Shown here: positions 48,266 to 59,452 of the stretch, piece after piece | How the letters are laid out: each line of letters opens with the position of its first letter | Position numbering within the stretch: position 1 is the first letter of the stretch | Assembly (NCBI RefSeq): GCF_006345805.1 | Contig: NC_043014.1 | Coordinates: 6,634,001 to 6,698,000, forward strand | Reading direction: 5' to 3' | Source: Octopus sinensis | Taxonomy: Eukaryota | Length of the DNA stretch: 64,000 nt | Program-made: the position numbers and the translations under genes | The notes under the pieces: generated by a model | Told to the model about the DNA's origin: nothing | The model's input: only the letters and a program-made list of their open reading frames with translations | Databases searched by the model: none

Positions 48266-50738
48266 TTAGACAGTTTTCCAGTAAATATCGGTACTTCGTT
48301 GTACCATTTATTTACTTTTATGTATAATTTTACCCTTACGGGCTATCTTTTACTGGAAAGCAATACTTTCGTATTGCATTACTATTTTCATATATATATG
48401 TATATATATAATATATATAATATATATATATATATATATCATAATTAAATCTCAGAATGAGATTGAAACAGTAATCGCTCGATAATGTAAAGTATAGAAG
48501 CCATCTTATCATGGCTAACCACATTGGGGAGGGGGTGTTACTGTAGCTTTATAGCCCCAAGAGATCTTCGTCTCTAGCTGGCTCTAGACACAATATCTGT
48601 GTCCTTGGAGTATTTGCAAAGGGAGGCCATCCCTTCCTCGCAAGCCTGAGTGATACGCTCGAACTAGTTTCGGGATTGTTGTCCCTCGTCAGCGGGCGGT
48701 AATCACCAGGTAGCGATGAAAGTGAAGGCTCCTCTGCAAATAGATATAAGTTTTTCTAATGGCGTCTGCCACTGATGTCGAAAAACGAACAGTAATCATA
48801 ATTAAATCTCTGCTTACTGTTCGTTTTTCGACATCAGTGGCAGACGCCATTAGAAAAACTTATATCTATTTGCAGAGGAGCCTTCACTTTCATCGCTACC
48901 TGGTGGTTACCGCCCGCTGACGAGGGACAACAATCCCGAAACTAGTTCGAGCGTATCACTCAGGCTTGCGAGGAAGGGATGGCCTCCCTTTGCAAATACT
49001 CCAAGGACACAGATATTGTGTCTAGAGCCAGCTGGAGACGAAGATCTCTTGGGGCTATAAAGCTACAGTAACACCCCTCCCCAATGTGGTTAGCCATGAT
49101 AAGATGGCTTCTATACTTTACATTATATATATATAATATATATATAATATATTTAATAACCGTTTTGTATTCAGATTTCTCTATCAAATAAAACGCTTGT
49201 TTATTCTTATTGTTTTGAAATAATTACGCATTATCTCATAGCTTTGAGATTTCAATGTTGTAATTGTTTCATTTTATAATAACATTATAGAGTAGGGGTA
49301 AGAAGCTGGACAAGGCTAGTTCGAACACAAAAGGGGTAGATTATTTAGACCAGATATAGCCGGTTTAACTACAACAATCCCTCGATTATCGCGTGTGTTA
49401 CGCTCCAAAACGCCCCGCGATATGTGAAAATCCGCGAAGTAGAAACAGTACTGTACTGAATTTGTATATATTTATTTTATTATAAATGCAAAATACCACG
49501 GAGGAATCGACTTAAACTTAAATAATAAACTACGATAGGTGAACCACAATACTGTACGAAAGGGTTAAATATATTTAATGCACAGACATGTTCCTACTTA
49601 TTTTTTTGTATCTGGTTTGCAAGATTCTTTATGTGAATTCGTGTGTTGAAACAAATTTGGTTACGTCTATGGATGATCATTACGCTAATATTAATAACGC
49701 ACGCACCGGTTCGATTCTACTCTTTAATTATTAATCAATTGATTAAATGTCCAACTAACTAATCGGTTGTTTGTTTAATTTGTTGGTAATTAGCAATCAA
49801 TCCCGTAACGAACTGGGAGAGAAGTCACCGAGAAAGTTGCAAATGGCAGCAAAAGAAATATGGCAAAAAAAAAGTTAAACAAACGATCGAATGGTTAACT
49901 AGTTGGATATTTAACCACTTGACTAAGCTGGACAAGGCTAGCTCGAACACAAAAGGGGTAGATTATTTGGACCAGATATGGCCGGTTTATCTACAGTAAT
50001 CCCTCGATTATCGCGTGTGTTACGTTCCAAAACGCCCCGCGATATGTGAAAATCCGCGAAGCAGAAATAGTACAGTATTGGATCTTTTTTCTATTATTTT
50101 TATAATTTGTATTATTATTTTTATAATAAAGGAGTGGATCTGAACCAGTGCGTGTGTTATTAATATTGGCGTAATGACCCTCCCTAGACACAACAAAACA
50201 GATATGTTTTTGCTATATACAATATGCAGCTGTCCTTAAACATGTGTAATAGTCCCCTTGTATGTCGTCTACAAGCATGCTTAAATATATATGTACTCGT
50301 TCCTATTCCAGATCCATCTCAGTTGCTAGATGCTCATAACATGTCGATGGGTGAATGTTCAATAAATACAGAGCTTGGTGTCAATGCATCAAGTACAGAA
50401 AAACAAATTATAGGAAACCTTACGAAAGACTGGAAGAAATGTAAGGAAAAAACGAAAGCAATTTGATGGGGTTTTTTTATCTCATTGTTGGGTCATTCGC
50501 CATAAGTAATGTCAACAATTGTCACCGCTTGAATAATCGTAGGCGTCATCGTCGTCATCATCACTGTCATCATCACCACCACTACCATCATCGACGTTGT
50601 CGTCGGCGGCGCTGGGTCCGACGGCGTCACCATCATCATCATCATCATCATGTCCACCACCACCACCACCACCATCACTACCACCATTATCGCCACCAAC
50701 AGCCCCAGCAGCACAGCAGTAGCTCCAGCAGTATCACT

Positions 50739-50791
<53 letters not shown>

Positions 50792-51032
50792 CATCACCAT
50801 CATCACCATCATCATCATTATGATCATCGTCGGTTTCGACATCGTCGTCATCATCATTGTCATCATCACCACCACTACCATCATCGACGTTGTCGTCGGC
50901 GGCGCTGGGTCCGACGGCGTCACCATCATCATCATCATCATCATGTCCACCACCACCACCACCACCATCACTACCACCATTATCGCCACCAACAGCCCCA
51001 GCAGCAGCAGCAGTAGCTCCAGCAGTATCACT

Positions 51033-51085
<53 letters not shown>

Positions 51086-52677
51086 CATCACCATCATCAC
51101 CATCATCATCATTATGATCATCGTCGGTTTCGACATCGTCGTCATCATCATCATTACTACCACTATTATTATGTTCATCGTCGTCATCCTCATCATCATC
51201 AGTACTATCATCATTGTCATCATCATCATCTCCACCACCACAACCACCACCATATACATACATACATATATACATACATGTGTGTATGTGTGTGTGTGTG
51301 TGTGTGTGTCTGTGTGTGTCTGTGTGTGTCTGTGTGTGCATGTATGTATAATGGCAGAGGCATTGTCGTGTGGTTAAAAAGCTCGATATAGAAACTGGTG
51401 GCTTCGAGTTCCGTCCCGTTGGGTGGCATCTTGGGCAAATGTCTTCTACTATAACCCCCGCACCGACCAATGCCCTTCCGTGTCAATATGATCGATGCAA
51501 ACTGATCGATGTATATTGTAGGTGCAGGTGTGGTTGTGTGTTAAGAAGCTTGCTTCTCAAAGACATAGTTCCAGGTTCAGTCCCACTGCATGGCACTGTG
51601 GACAAGTGTCTTCTACCACAGCCTCGGGCCGATCAAAACCGCAAAAATACAAAATATAAAAATACCAAACAAAAATCATCCAATAGCCGTGGTTAGAATG
51701 TCATCCATTCTATTTATATATTTATTTATCTATCTATTTATTTATCTATTTAATTATTTTACTCATTTGTCTATTTTGCAGGTCACCACGTATTTGCAAA
51801 CTCTTCCCTCAATGACACCTTAATTGGCGTGATCTTGCTTGTAATTTCGCTGGTCGTGCTCTGTTTCTGCTTAATATCAATTGTAAAAATCCTCCATACC
51901 GTAATGAAAGGCAACACGGCGAAAATTATAAAGAAAATGGTCAACGCCAAACTACCCAGTCCGTTTGGGTTTCTAACCGGTTACCTGGCGATTCTTGTCG
52001 GTACAGCCTTGACGTTTCTGGTGCAAAGTAGTTCCATCTTCACCTCCACACTCACCCCGCTCGTTGGCGTTGGGGTTATTTCCTTGAAACGGATGTATCC
52101 TCTGACGCTGGGAGCAAACATAGGGACGACGTTCACAGCTGTTATGGCTGCCATGACATCATCCGGTGAAAGCCTAAAACTGGCCCTGCGAATCGCGTTC
52201 TGTCATCTGTTCTTTAACGTAAGCGGCATCCTCATTTGGTATCCGATTCCATACTTGAGGAAAGTCCCCATTGGTCTGAGCAAATCTCTCGGCAATACAA
52301 CAGCAAAATATCGTTGGTTTGCCATTGTATACCTCATCACTATGTTCTTGTTGTTACCCGGTCTTGTGTTTGTCGTGTCCTTGGGTGGATGGCCTGCTTG
52401 GGTTGGTGTTTTTGGTCCGATCGGTTTGGTCCTTATATTCGTGATTATCATGAACATACTTCAGAAAAAGTTACCCAGCTATCTACCCGAAAAACTGAGG
52501 ACCTGGGACTTTCTGCCTCTGTGGATGCACTCGCTAGAACCATACGACCGACCGATGACGGCAATCGGTCGGTGGTTTGGGAAATTGAAAAGGTGCTCGT
52601 TCTCCAAAGAAAAGAATAACACTCTTACGCCACAAACGAACTTTGCCATGAAAAGCTCAATGGAATCGATTCCATGA
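45360..52677 (+). CDS. SLC34A: Sodium-dependent phosphate cotransporter, SLC34 (NaPi-II) family, 3' four exons
   Basis: join(45360-45667, 47713-47827, 50312-50440, 51782-52677), GT-AG and phase-compatible. Motifs [45 protein letters not shown] and [22 protein letters not shown] are diagnostic. Confidence 0.95.
45710..46490. repeat. Degenerate (CAT/CGT/TGT)n repeat in SLC34 intron
   Basis: Seen directly. Confidence 0.9.
46955..47554 (+). mobile_element. Helitron fragment interrupted by a family A SINE (47009-47430)
   Basis: Helitron internal sequence on both sides of the SINE; CTAG 3' end at 47551-47554. Confidence 0.7.
47713..47827 (+). CDS. SLC34A: SLC34 exon: [38 protein letters not shown]
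   Basis: ccttgtag| acceptor, CCCG|gtaagt donor, 115 nt, phase 0-1; matches QLDxxxI..SLVKxWC. Too short for the ORF track. Confidence 0.9.
47890..48268. repeat. (GATA)n microsatellite
   Basis: Seen directly. Confidence 0.95.
48482..49126. repeat. Near-perfect 314/313-bp inverted repeat with 18-nt loop
   Basis: Left arm 48482-48795, loop tcataattaaatctctgc, right arm 48814-49126; only a few mismatches and one indel seen by eye. Confidence 0.95.
50312..50440 (+). CDS. SLC34A: SLC34 exon, extracellular loop: [43 protein letters not shown](C)
   Basis: ctattccag| acceptor, AAAT|gtaagg donor, 129 nt, phase 1-1. It supplies the T of the conserved Cys in KCxHxF and has three N-x-S/T sequons. Confidence 0.82.
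50540..51250. repeat. (CAT/CAC)n region with an internal ~294-nt tandem duplication
   Basis: caccactaccatcatcgacgttgtcgtcggcggcgctgggtccgacggcg occurs at 50577 and 50871. Confidence 0.9.
51782..52677 (+). CDS. SLC34A: SLC34 terminal exon (second QSSS repeat to stop)
   Basis: attttgcag| acceptor, phase 1; [19 protein letters not shown]...QSSSIFTST...TGA at 52675-52677. Confidence 0.95.
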
Positions 52678-52815
52678 AAGAAATTTTTTTTTAAATACCA
52701 AAAACCTTATCAAGAAAATAAAACACGGCACAAACTGAGCAAATATAACAACAAACAAGTAAAAATTAACAACTACAACTACAACAATAACAATAACAAC
52801 AACAATAACAATAAC

Positions 52816-52858
<43 letters not shown>

Positions 52859-53022
52859 CAAACAAGGGTTTTTAAAAAGATTAGCTGAAACTCGAAATGC
52901 AAAGAAGAAAATGGCAGAACTAGAAAACCCAAATAATTTTTTTGATGAGAGCGTGAGAGTGTGTATTCATGCGTAACTAAGCGTATCCATTTGCATATAA
53001 CCATATGTATGAATATACATAC

Positions 53023-53108
<86 letters not shown>

Positions 53109-53124
53109 TAATTAATCAATATAG

Positions 53125-53330
53125 GTGGCAAAAAAGTTTTTAGAATTTTTTTGCCACCAGCGGCCTAGTGGGAAAAAATCAAATAGTCATAGACCTTTTA
53201 AGTTCAACATCACAATCAAGGAATGGCCATAATAGGCCATTCACCCACTAGAAATAACTAGAAACAGCTTTTGGCTGTTATTTCTAGGGGTGAATGGCCT
53301 ATTATGGCCATTCCTTGATTGTGATGTTGA
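53125..53330. repeat. Hairpin cluster: ggtggcaaaaaa/tttttgccacc palindrome plus 55/54-nt inverted repeat (53204-53330)
   Basis: Direct comparison of the arms. Confidence 0.85.
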
Positions 53331-53363
53331 TATATATATATTATATATATATATATATATATA

Positions 53364-53397
<34 letters not shown>

Positions 53398-54024
53398 GTA
53401 TGCATGTATGTATATTGGGTGTTTAAATAAACAAGAATACGGTAAGTAGTTCAAATAATAACCGATGCAGTAGTAGAATAATATATTATACGATAAAGAC
53501 GATTCATGATCGTTACGTTAAGTTTCCAGCCCAGAAAATGCTAAGAAATCGTCCGACGACAAACATCAACCCGTGACTGAAATATTTTTTTGAGATATGT
53601 TTTCTTCGTATATGGAGTTTCTAGAAACGCATTTCGAGTTAAAAATTATGAGGGGCATAATTCATTCCATTTTAATATTCTTAGAAGTGGATTGTTTTCT
53701 TTGAAAGGTCAGAAGAAATTTAAAAACTTTTAAATGGCTGAAAGATGAAGGACGTGAATATAATACGCTCAGGGGAAGAAAAAAAAGAAAGAGACAAATT
53801 AAGGAAGTCTGTGTGGACATACATTATGGAAAGTTAAATATCTTGGGAAGCTTTAATGGGTTAAAGCTGAAGGGGGATATAAGACAATATGAATGCTTCT
53901 GGTGAATAACTAAGCATTTAACCACTCTGCTATATAAGCATGGAAAGATAAAATGTTGAAAATGTTAATGAATTTGTTATTAAAGGAAATATATTGAGAT
54001 CAATGATGTCTACTAGTAAGGATG

Positions 54025-54210
54025 AGCGATTGTTCTTGGTAAAAAAAAAAATGATTGTTCTTGGTAAAAAGAAAATGATTGTTCTTGGTAAAAAAAAAAT
54101 TATTGTTCTTGGTAAAAAAAAACGATTGTTCTTGGTAAAAAGAAAACGATTGTTCTTGGTAAAAAAAATGATTGTTTTTGGTAAAAAAAATTATTGTTCT
54201 TGGTAAAAAA
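54025..54210. repeat. ~24-bp minisatellite (gattgttcttggtaaaaaaaaaat), about 8 units
   Basis: Seen directly. Confidence 0.9.
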
Positions 54211-55690
54211 CAAAAAAGTTTAGACCTAATGAGTGGGGGTGAATGCATGATTTTCAGTATTTTGACAGGTACTTGCTGAAGTGAAGGTATTTAGTAAATA
54301 TCTCTGATCTAACATTTTCATGCATTTACAAGTTTATCGAGGTTTATATATATACATGCGTACATGTATAAATGGGTGTATATGTGTGTATGCATGCATG
54401 CTTATGAATATATGTGTTTATATATATGGGGACAGGGTGACATCATACATTCTGAGTTCAAATCTGTCACGAATCAAGGCACAATATTATCAACTCTACG
54501 CTTTATGTGGTGTGACCATGTTGGAACGACACAGTCGGAATATTGTTGGTTCTGTTATCGTCAAGTGCTTACGTCATGTCATATTTCAACTTAGAACGTA
54601 AAAGCCACCACATCACATTTTATCCGGTGCTCTACAGATTCTGCCAGCCTCACATATGTACACACACGCGCACACATACTCACAAATATGTGTATATGGA
54701 GGGGGTATGTATGTATATATTTATTTCTTCACTGCCCACAAGGGGCTAAACATAGAAGAGACAAACAAGGACAGACAAAGGGATTAAGTCGATTATATCG
54801 ACCCCAGTGGGAAACTGGTACTTTATTTATCGACCCCGAAAGAATGAAAGGTAAAGTCGACCTCGGCGGAATTTGAACTCAGAACGTAACGGCCGACGAA
54901 TTCTGTCACTGTTTTGTTTCTTCTTCTTATATGTCTCGTCTGTCACATGACCAAATGTTTAAAAGCGAGAAATTTAACCCATTAAGTCACACTGTCCTAT
55001 AAATAGGACACTAAATGAAAACCTTGTCTCAGTGTCCTATTTATAGGACACCGAGTATTTCCATTTCTACTTGAAGTAAAGGAGTTTTAATAATTAATTA
55101 ATTTTTTATCATTTTAACCTATTTTCAAGCATCTGTAAAAAAATTAAAAGTGATATTCAGAAATTTAAGTAAAAATGAAAAAGAAACGAACAGAGTGTAA
55201 AACAGTTAGAGCAGAAGAAAAATAGGAATGGTAGAATGGAATTTATAAATATTTAATGCCTCGCTATGCGCGTTTCCACAAATCACATGTTTCTTAAGAT
55301 CATAGTCCGCATTCAAAAGGGATAAACATGGCTCTGGTAATCCTCCATTAATGTTATATCACCTGAAGAAATGAATGCATGAAAATGACCTACCCGATGC
55401 CCACGGGTACGACAGACTACACTGTAATCATCCCAGGAATACGATCTATGTTCTTAAGAGACATGTAATTTGTGGAAACGCGCGTAGCGATGCATTAAAA
55501 GTTTATAACTTCCATCCAAGGATTATTGTCATTATTTACTATATATATATATATATGTGTGTGTTGTGTGTGTGTGTGTGGTGGGTATGGAAAGACGGAA
55601 ACAGACTATACCAGAATTTATTATCACGACAATGTATGTATATATATATATATATTATATATTATTATATAATATATATATATATATGTG

Positions 55691-55733
<43 letters not shown>

Positions 55734-56352
55734 ACATCGGTAGGTCATTTTCATGCATTCATTTCTTCAGGTGATATATATATATATATATATATATGTA
55801 CGTATGTATGTACGTATGTCGGAAAGTGATTTATTCTCCATATGATTTCCACATGACTACATCCCTTTCATAACCTTCTTCATATAGATTATTATCATTT
55901 CATTATGGTTAACCATGATGTTCGGTGATCTGATGAGCTAGCTACCTCCATTTGCATTAATTTGTGAATATACAAGTGTACTGTATAATGTTGAGCGTAC
56001 ATATTGATACAATCATGCACGTATAATTTTGCATACCGCAATTAACAATACTTCATGAAGAACGTTACGAAACGGCTGTAACCGTACGTCAATCATATGG
56101 AAATCGTGAAGAAATAAATTTGCCTTTACTTTTTGTGCCTCCTGACTTATGTTTCATTTTCTCCTTGCGGAAAAAAAATATCGTTCAGGTTTCTTGGATT
56201 TTCAGATGCATGGACATATTGTATTAGACAGTAACTGATTACTGCGTAGACTGATAGCCGAGTCCGAATGGAGAGCTTACTGTGATAACCACATGATTTT
56301 CTAATTCCATATGTGCGCACGCACACACACACACACACAACACACACACATA

Positions 56353-56747
56353 TCTTATATATAAAAGTGAGGTTGTGTGCTGTCTGTCTCCTACGATTTA
56401 GATTCCTAACTACTCCCACATTTTGCGCTGCAGTTTAACCAAAACCGGGTATCTTATAGTTGTGATTCATATCGAGGCCCTTCTGGGTACTACGCGCGTC
56501 TACAATGAGTCTACGATTTAAAAAAAAAATTTACCATCAATTTTTCCCATTTTTAATGCATTTTTGCATTATAAGGAATAAACTCTCTAAAAATTTATTA
56601 TTAAATCTCAGAACGTAAAAAACTACAGTAACACCCCCCCCCTTTGTGGTTAGCCATATTGAGATGGCTAATACTTTACATCTCTAAAAATGCTTATATA
56701 GTTATTTCCCTTACAAACCCGAGCAACGCGGCGGGCGATACTGCTAG
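56353..56747 (+). mobile_element. Non-autonomous Helitron (copy 1 of tandem duplication)
   Basis: TC...CTAG termini with hairpin. Confidence 0.8.
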
Positions 56748-57417
56748 TATATATATATATATATTTAAAATTTTAAAATTAATACCATATATATATATAA
56801 TATATATATATATATAATATATATATACACACATCGGGTAGGTCATTTTCATGCATCATTTCTTCAGGTGATATATATATATATATATATATATGTACGT
56901 ATGTATGTACGTATGTCGGAAAGTGATTTATTTCTCCATATGATTTCCACATGACTACATCCCTTTCATAACCTTCTTCATATAGATTATTATCAATTTC
57001 ATTATGGTTAACCATGATGTTCCGGTGATCTGATGAGCTAGCTACCTCCATTTGCATTAATTTGTGAATATACAAGTGTACTGTATAATGTTGAGCGTAC
57101 ATATTGATACAATCATGCACGTATAATTTTGCATACCGCAATTAACAATACTTCATGAAGAACGTTACGAAACGGCTGTAACCGTACGTCATCATATGGA
57201 AATCGTGAAGAAATAAATTTGCCTTTACTTTTTGTGCCTCCTGACCTTATGTTTCATTTTCTCCTTGCGGAAAAAAAATATCGTTCAGGTTTCTTGGATT
57301 TTCAGATGCATGGACATATTGTATTAGACAGTAACTGATTACTGCGTAGACTGATAGCCGAGTCCGAATGGAGAGCTTACTGTGATAACCACATGATTTT
57401 CTAATTCCATATGTGCG

Positions 57418-57451
<34 letters not shown>

Positions 57452-57452
<1 letters not shown>

Positions 57453-57825
57453 CTTTATATATAAAAGTGAGGTTGTGTGCTGTCTGTCTCCTACGATTTA
57501 GATTCCTAACTACTCCCACATTTTGCGCTGCAGTTTAACCAAAACCGGGTATCTTATAGTTGTGATTCATATCGAGCCCTTCTGGGTACTAGCGCGCGTC
57601 TACAATGAGTCTACGATTTAAAAAAAAATTTACCATCAATTTTTCCCATTTTTAATGCATTTTTGGCATATATTATTATTAAATCTCAGAACGTAAAAAA
57701 CTACAGTAACACCCCCCCCCTTTGTGGTTAGCCATATTGAGATGGCTATTATACTTTACATCTCTAAAAATGCTTATATAGTTATTTCCCTTACAAACCC
57801 GAGCAACGCCGGGCGATACTGCTAG
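57452..57825 (+). mobile_element. Non-autonomous Helitron (copy 2 of tandem duplication)
   Basis: TC...CTAG termini; nearly identical to 56353-56747. Confidence 0.8.
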
Positions 57826-57867
57826 TATATATATATATATATATATTTAAAAATTTTAAAATTAATA

Positions 57868-57925
<58 letters not shown>

Positions 57926-59173
57926 GATTAATTTTTTAGTTTTTAAATTCATCTCATGATATTTGAAATTACTCGAAAATCAAGTGTCTATTGAATGTTT
58001 AAAAAGAAAGATAGCTGTTCTAGCAAGAAAACTAGAGAAATAATATACGATAATTCACACATTTAATCAAGTGAAATTGAAATAATTTGAAATATCTTTG
58101 AGAAAAAATATAAAAGATAAGCAATATCTGAAAGAATGGAAGACCAAATGCAATTGTAAAACTACCAATGGCGTATATATTGATGACATATCAATAAAGG
58201 CGGGGGGGTTAAATGGGATTTATCTTGACTTGGGCCCTTCACAGTATGTCTTCAGCATTTTTTAAAACCTGAAGATGCCCTTCCGTCTCCAGGTCAACCA
58301 CAACCAATTTTTTTCCAGAAAGAGGGATAGACGGTAAAAGCGAAAGAACGAAAATAATTGCCCAGATCGGGTCTGGCATTTTTATTTATCAACCCCGAAC
58401 TCGGTGGTATTTGAACTCAGAGCGCAAAGCAATCTACCCGACATTCTATAGCGACTCTGCCTCATCGGCTCGTCAAAATGCTGAACTAGCAAAGAACGGA
58501 ATTGCAAGTTCGCTTGTTATACTGCCCTGCGGAGGTATATACTCTCTCTTTACTCTTTTACTTGTTTCAGTCATTTGACTGCGGCCATGCGGGAGCACCG
58601 CCTTTAGTCGAGCAACTCAACTCCGGGACTTATTCTTTGTAAGCCCAGTACTTATTCTATCGGTTCCTTTTGCCGAACCGCTAAGTTACGGGGACATAAA
58701 CACTCCAGCATCGGTTGTCAAGCAATGCTAGGAGGACAAACACAGACACACAGACATACACGCACATATATATATACATATATACATATATACGACGGGC
58801 TTCTTTCAGTTTCCGTCTACCAACTCCACTCACAAGGCTTTGGTCGGCCCGAGGCTATAGTAGAAGACACTTGCCCAAGGTGCCACGCAGTGGGACTGAA
58901 CCTGGAACCATGTGGTTGGTAAACAAGCTACTTACCACACAGCCACTCCTACGCCTATATATCGAATTGATTTGCTTCAGGTTGAAATGAATATGGCAAA
59001 GGAAAAGACATGCAGAAAAAGGCGCAGGTCTATGCCTGGGGTTAAATGTGACTCTCAGAATATCAACAAAGGGAAACGTTACCTCGCAGAAAGTAAATTA
59101 ACACCCCGGGGCCGCAGCCTGTTGTGTGCAGTTACTATATTTCATGCATTTGACACAGTTTAATGCAGAGAAA

Positions 59174-59220
<47 letters not shown>

Positions 59221-59403
59221 ATATTCTTCATAGGCGTAGGAGTGGCTGTGTGGTAAGTAGCTTGCTTACCAACCACATGGTTCCGGGTTCAGTCCCACTG
59301 CGTGGCACCTTGGGCAAGTGTCTTCTGCTATAGCCTCGGGCAGACCAAAGCCTTGTGAGTGGATTTGGTAGACGGAAACTGAAAGAAGCCCGTCGTATAT
59401 ATG

Positions 59404-59452
<49 letters not shown>

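Larger units (their letters stand above)
55731..57870 (+). repeat. ~1.1-kb direct tandem duplication, each unit bounded by (TA)n and containing a Helitron
   Basis: Period 1099 nt (Helitron starts at 56353 and 57452); differences are mostly single-base indels. Confidence 0.92.

Noticed and set aside
54974-55515. piggyBac-like element with nested inverted repeats
   Set aside because: A TTAA-CCC left end and internal palindromes are visible, but no matching right end could be identified.
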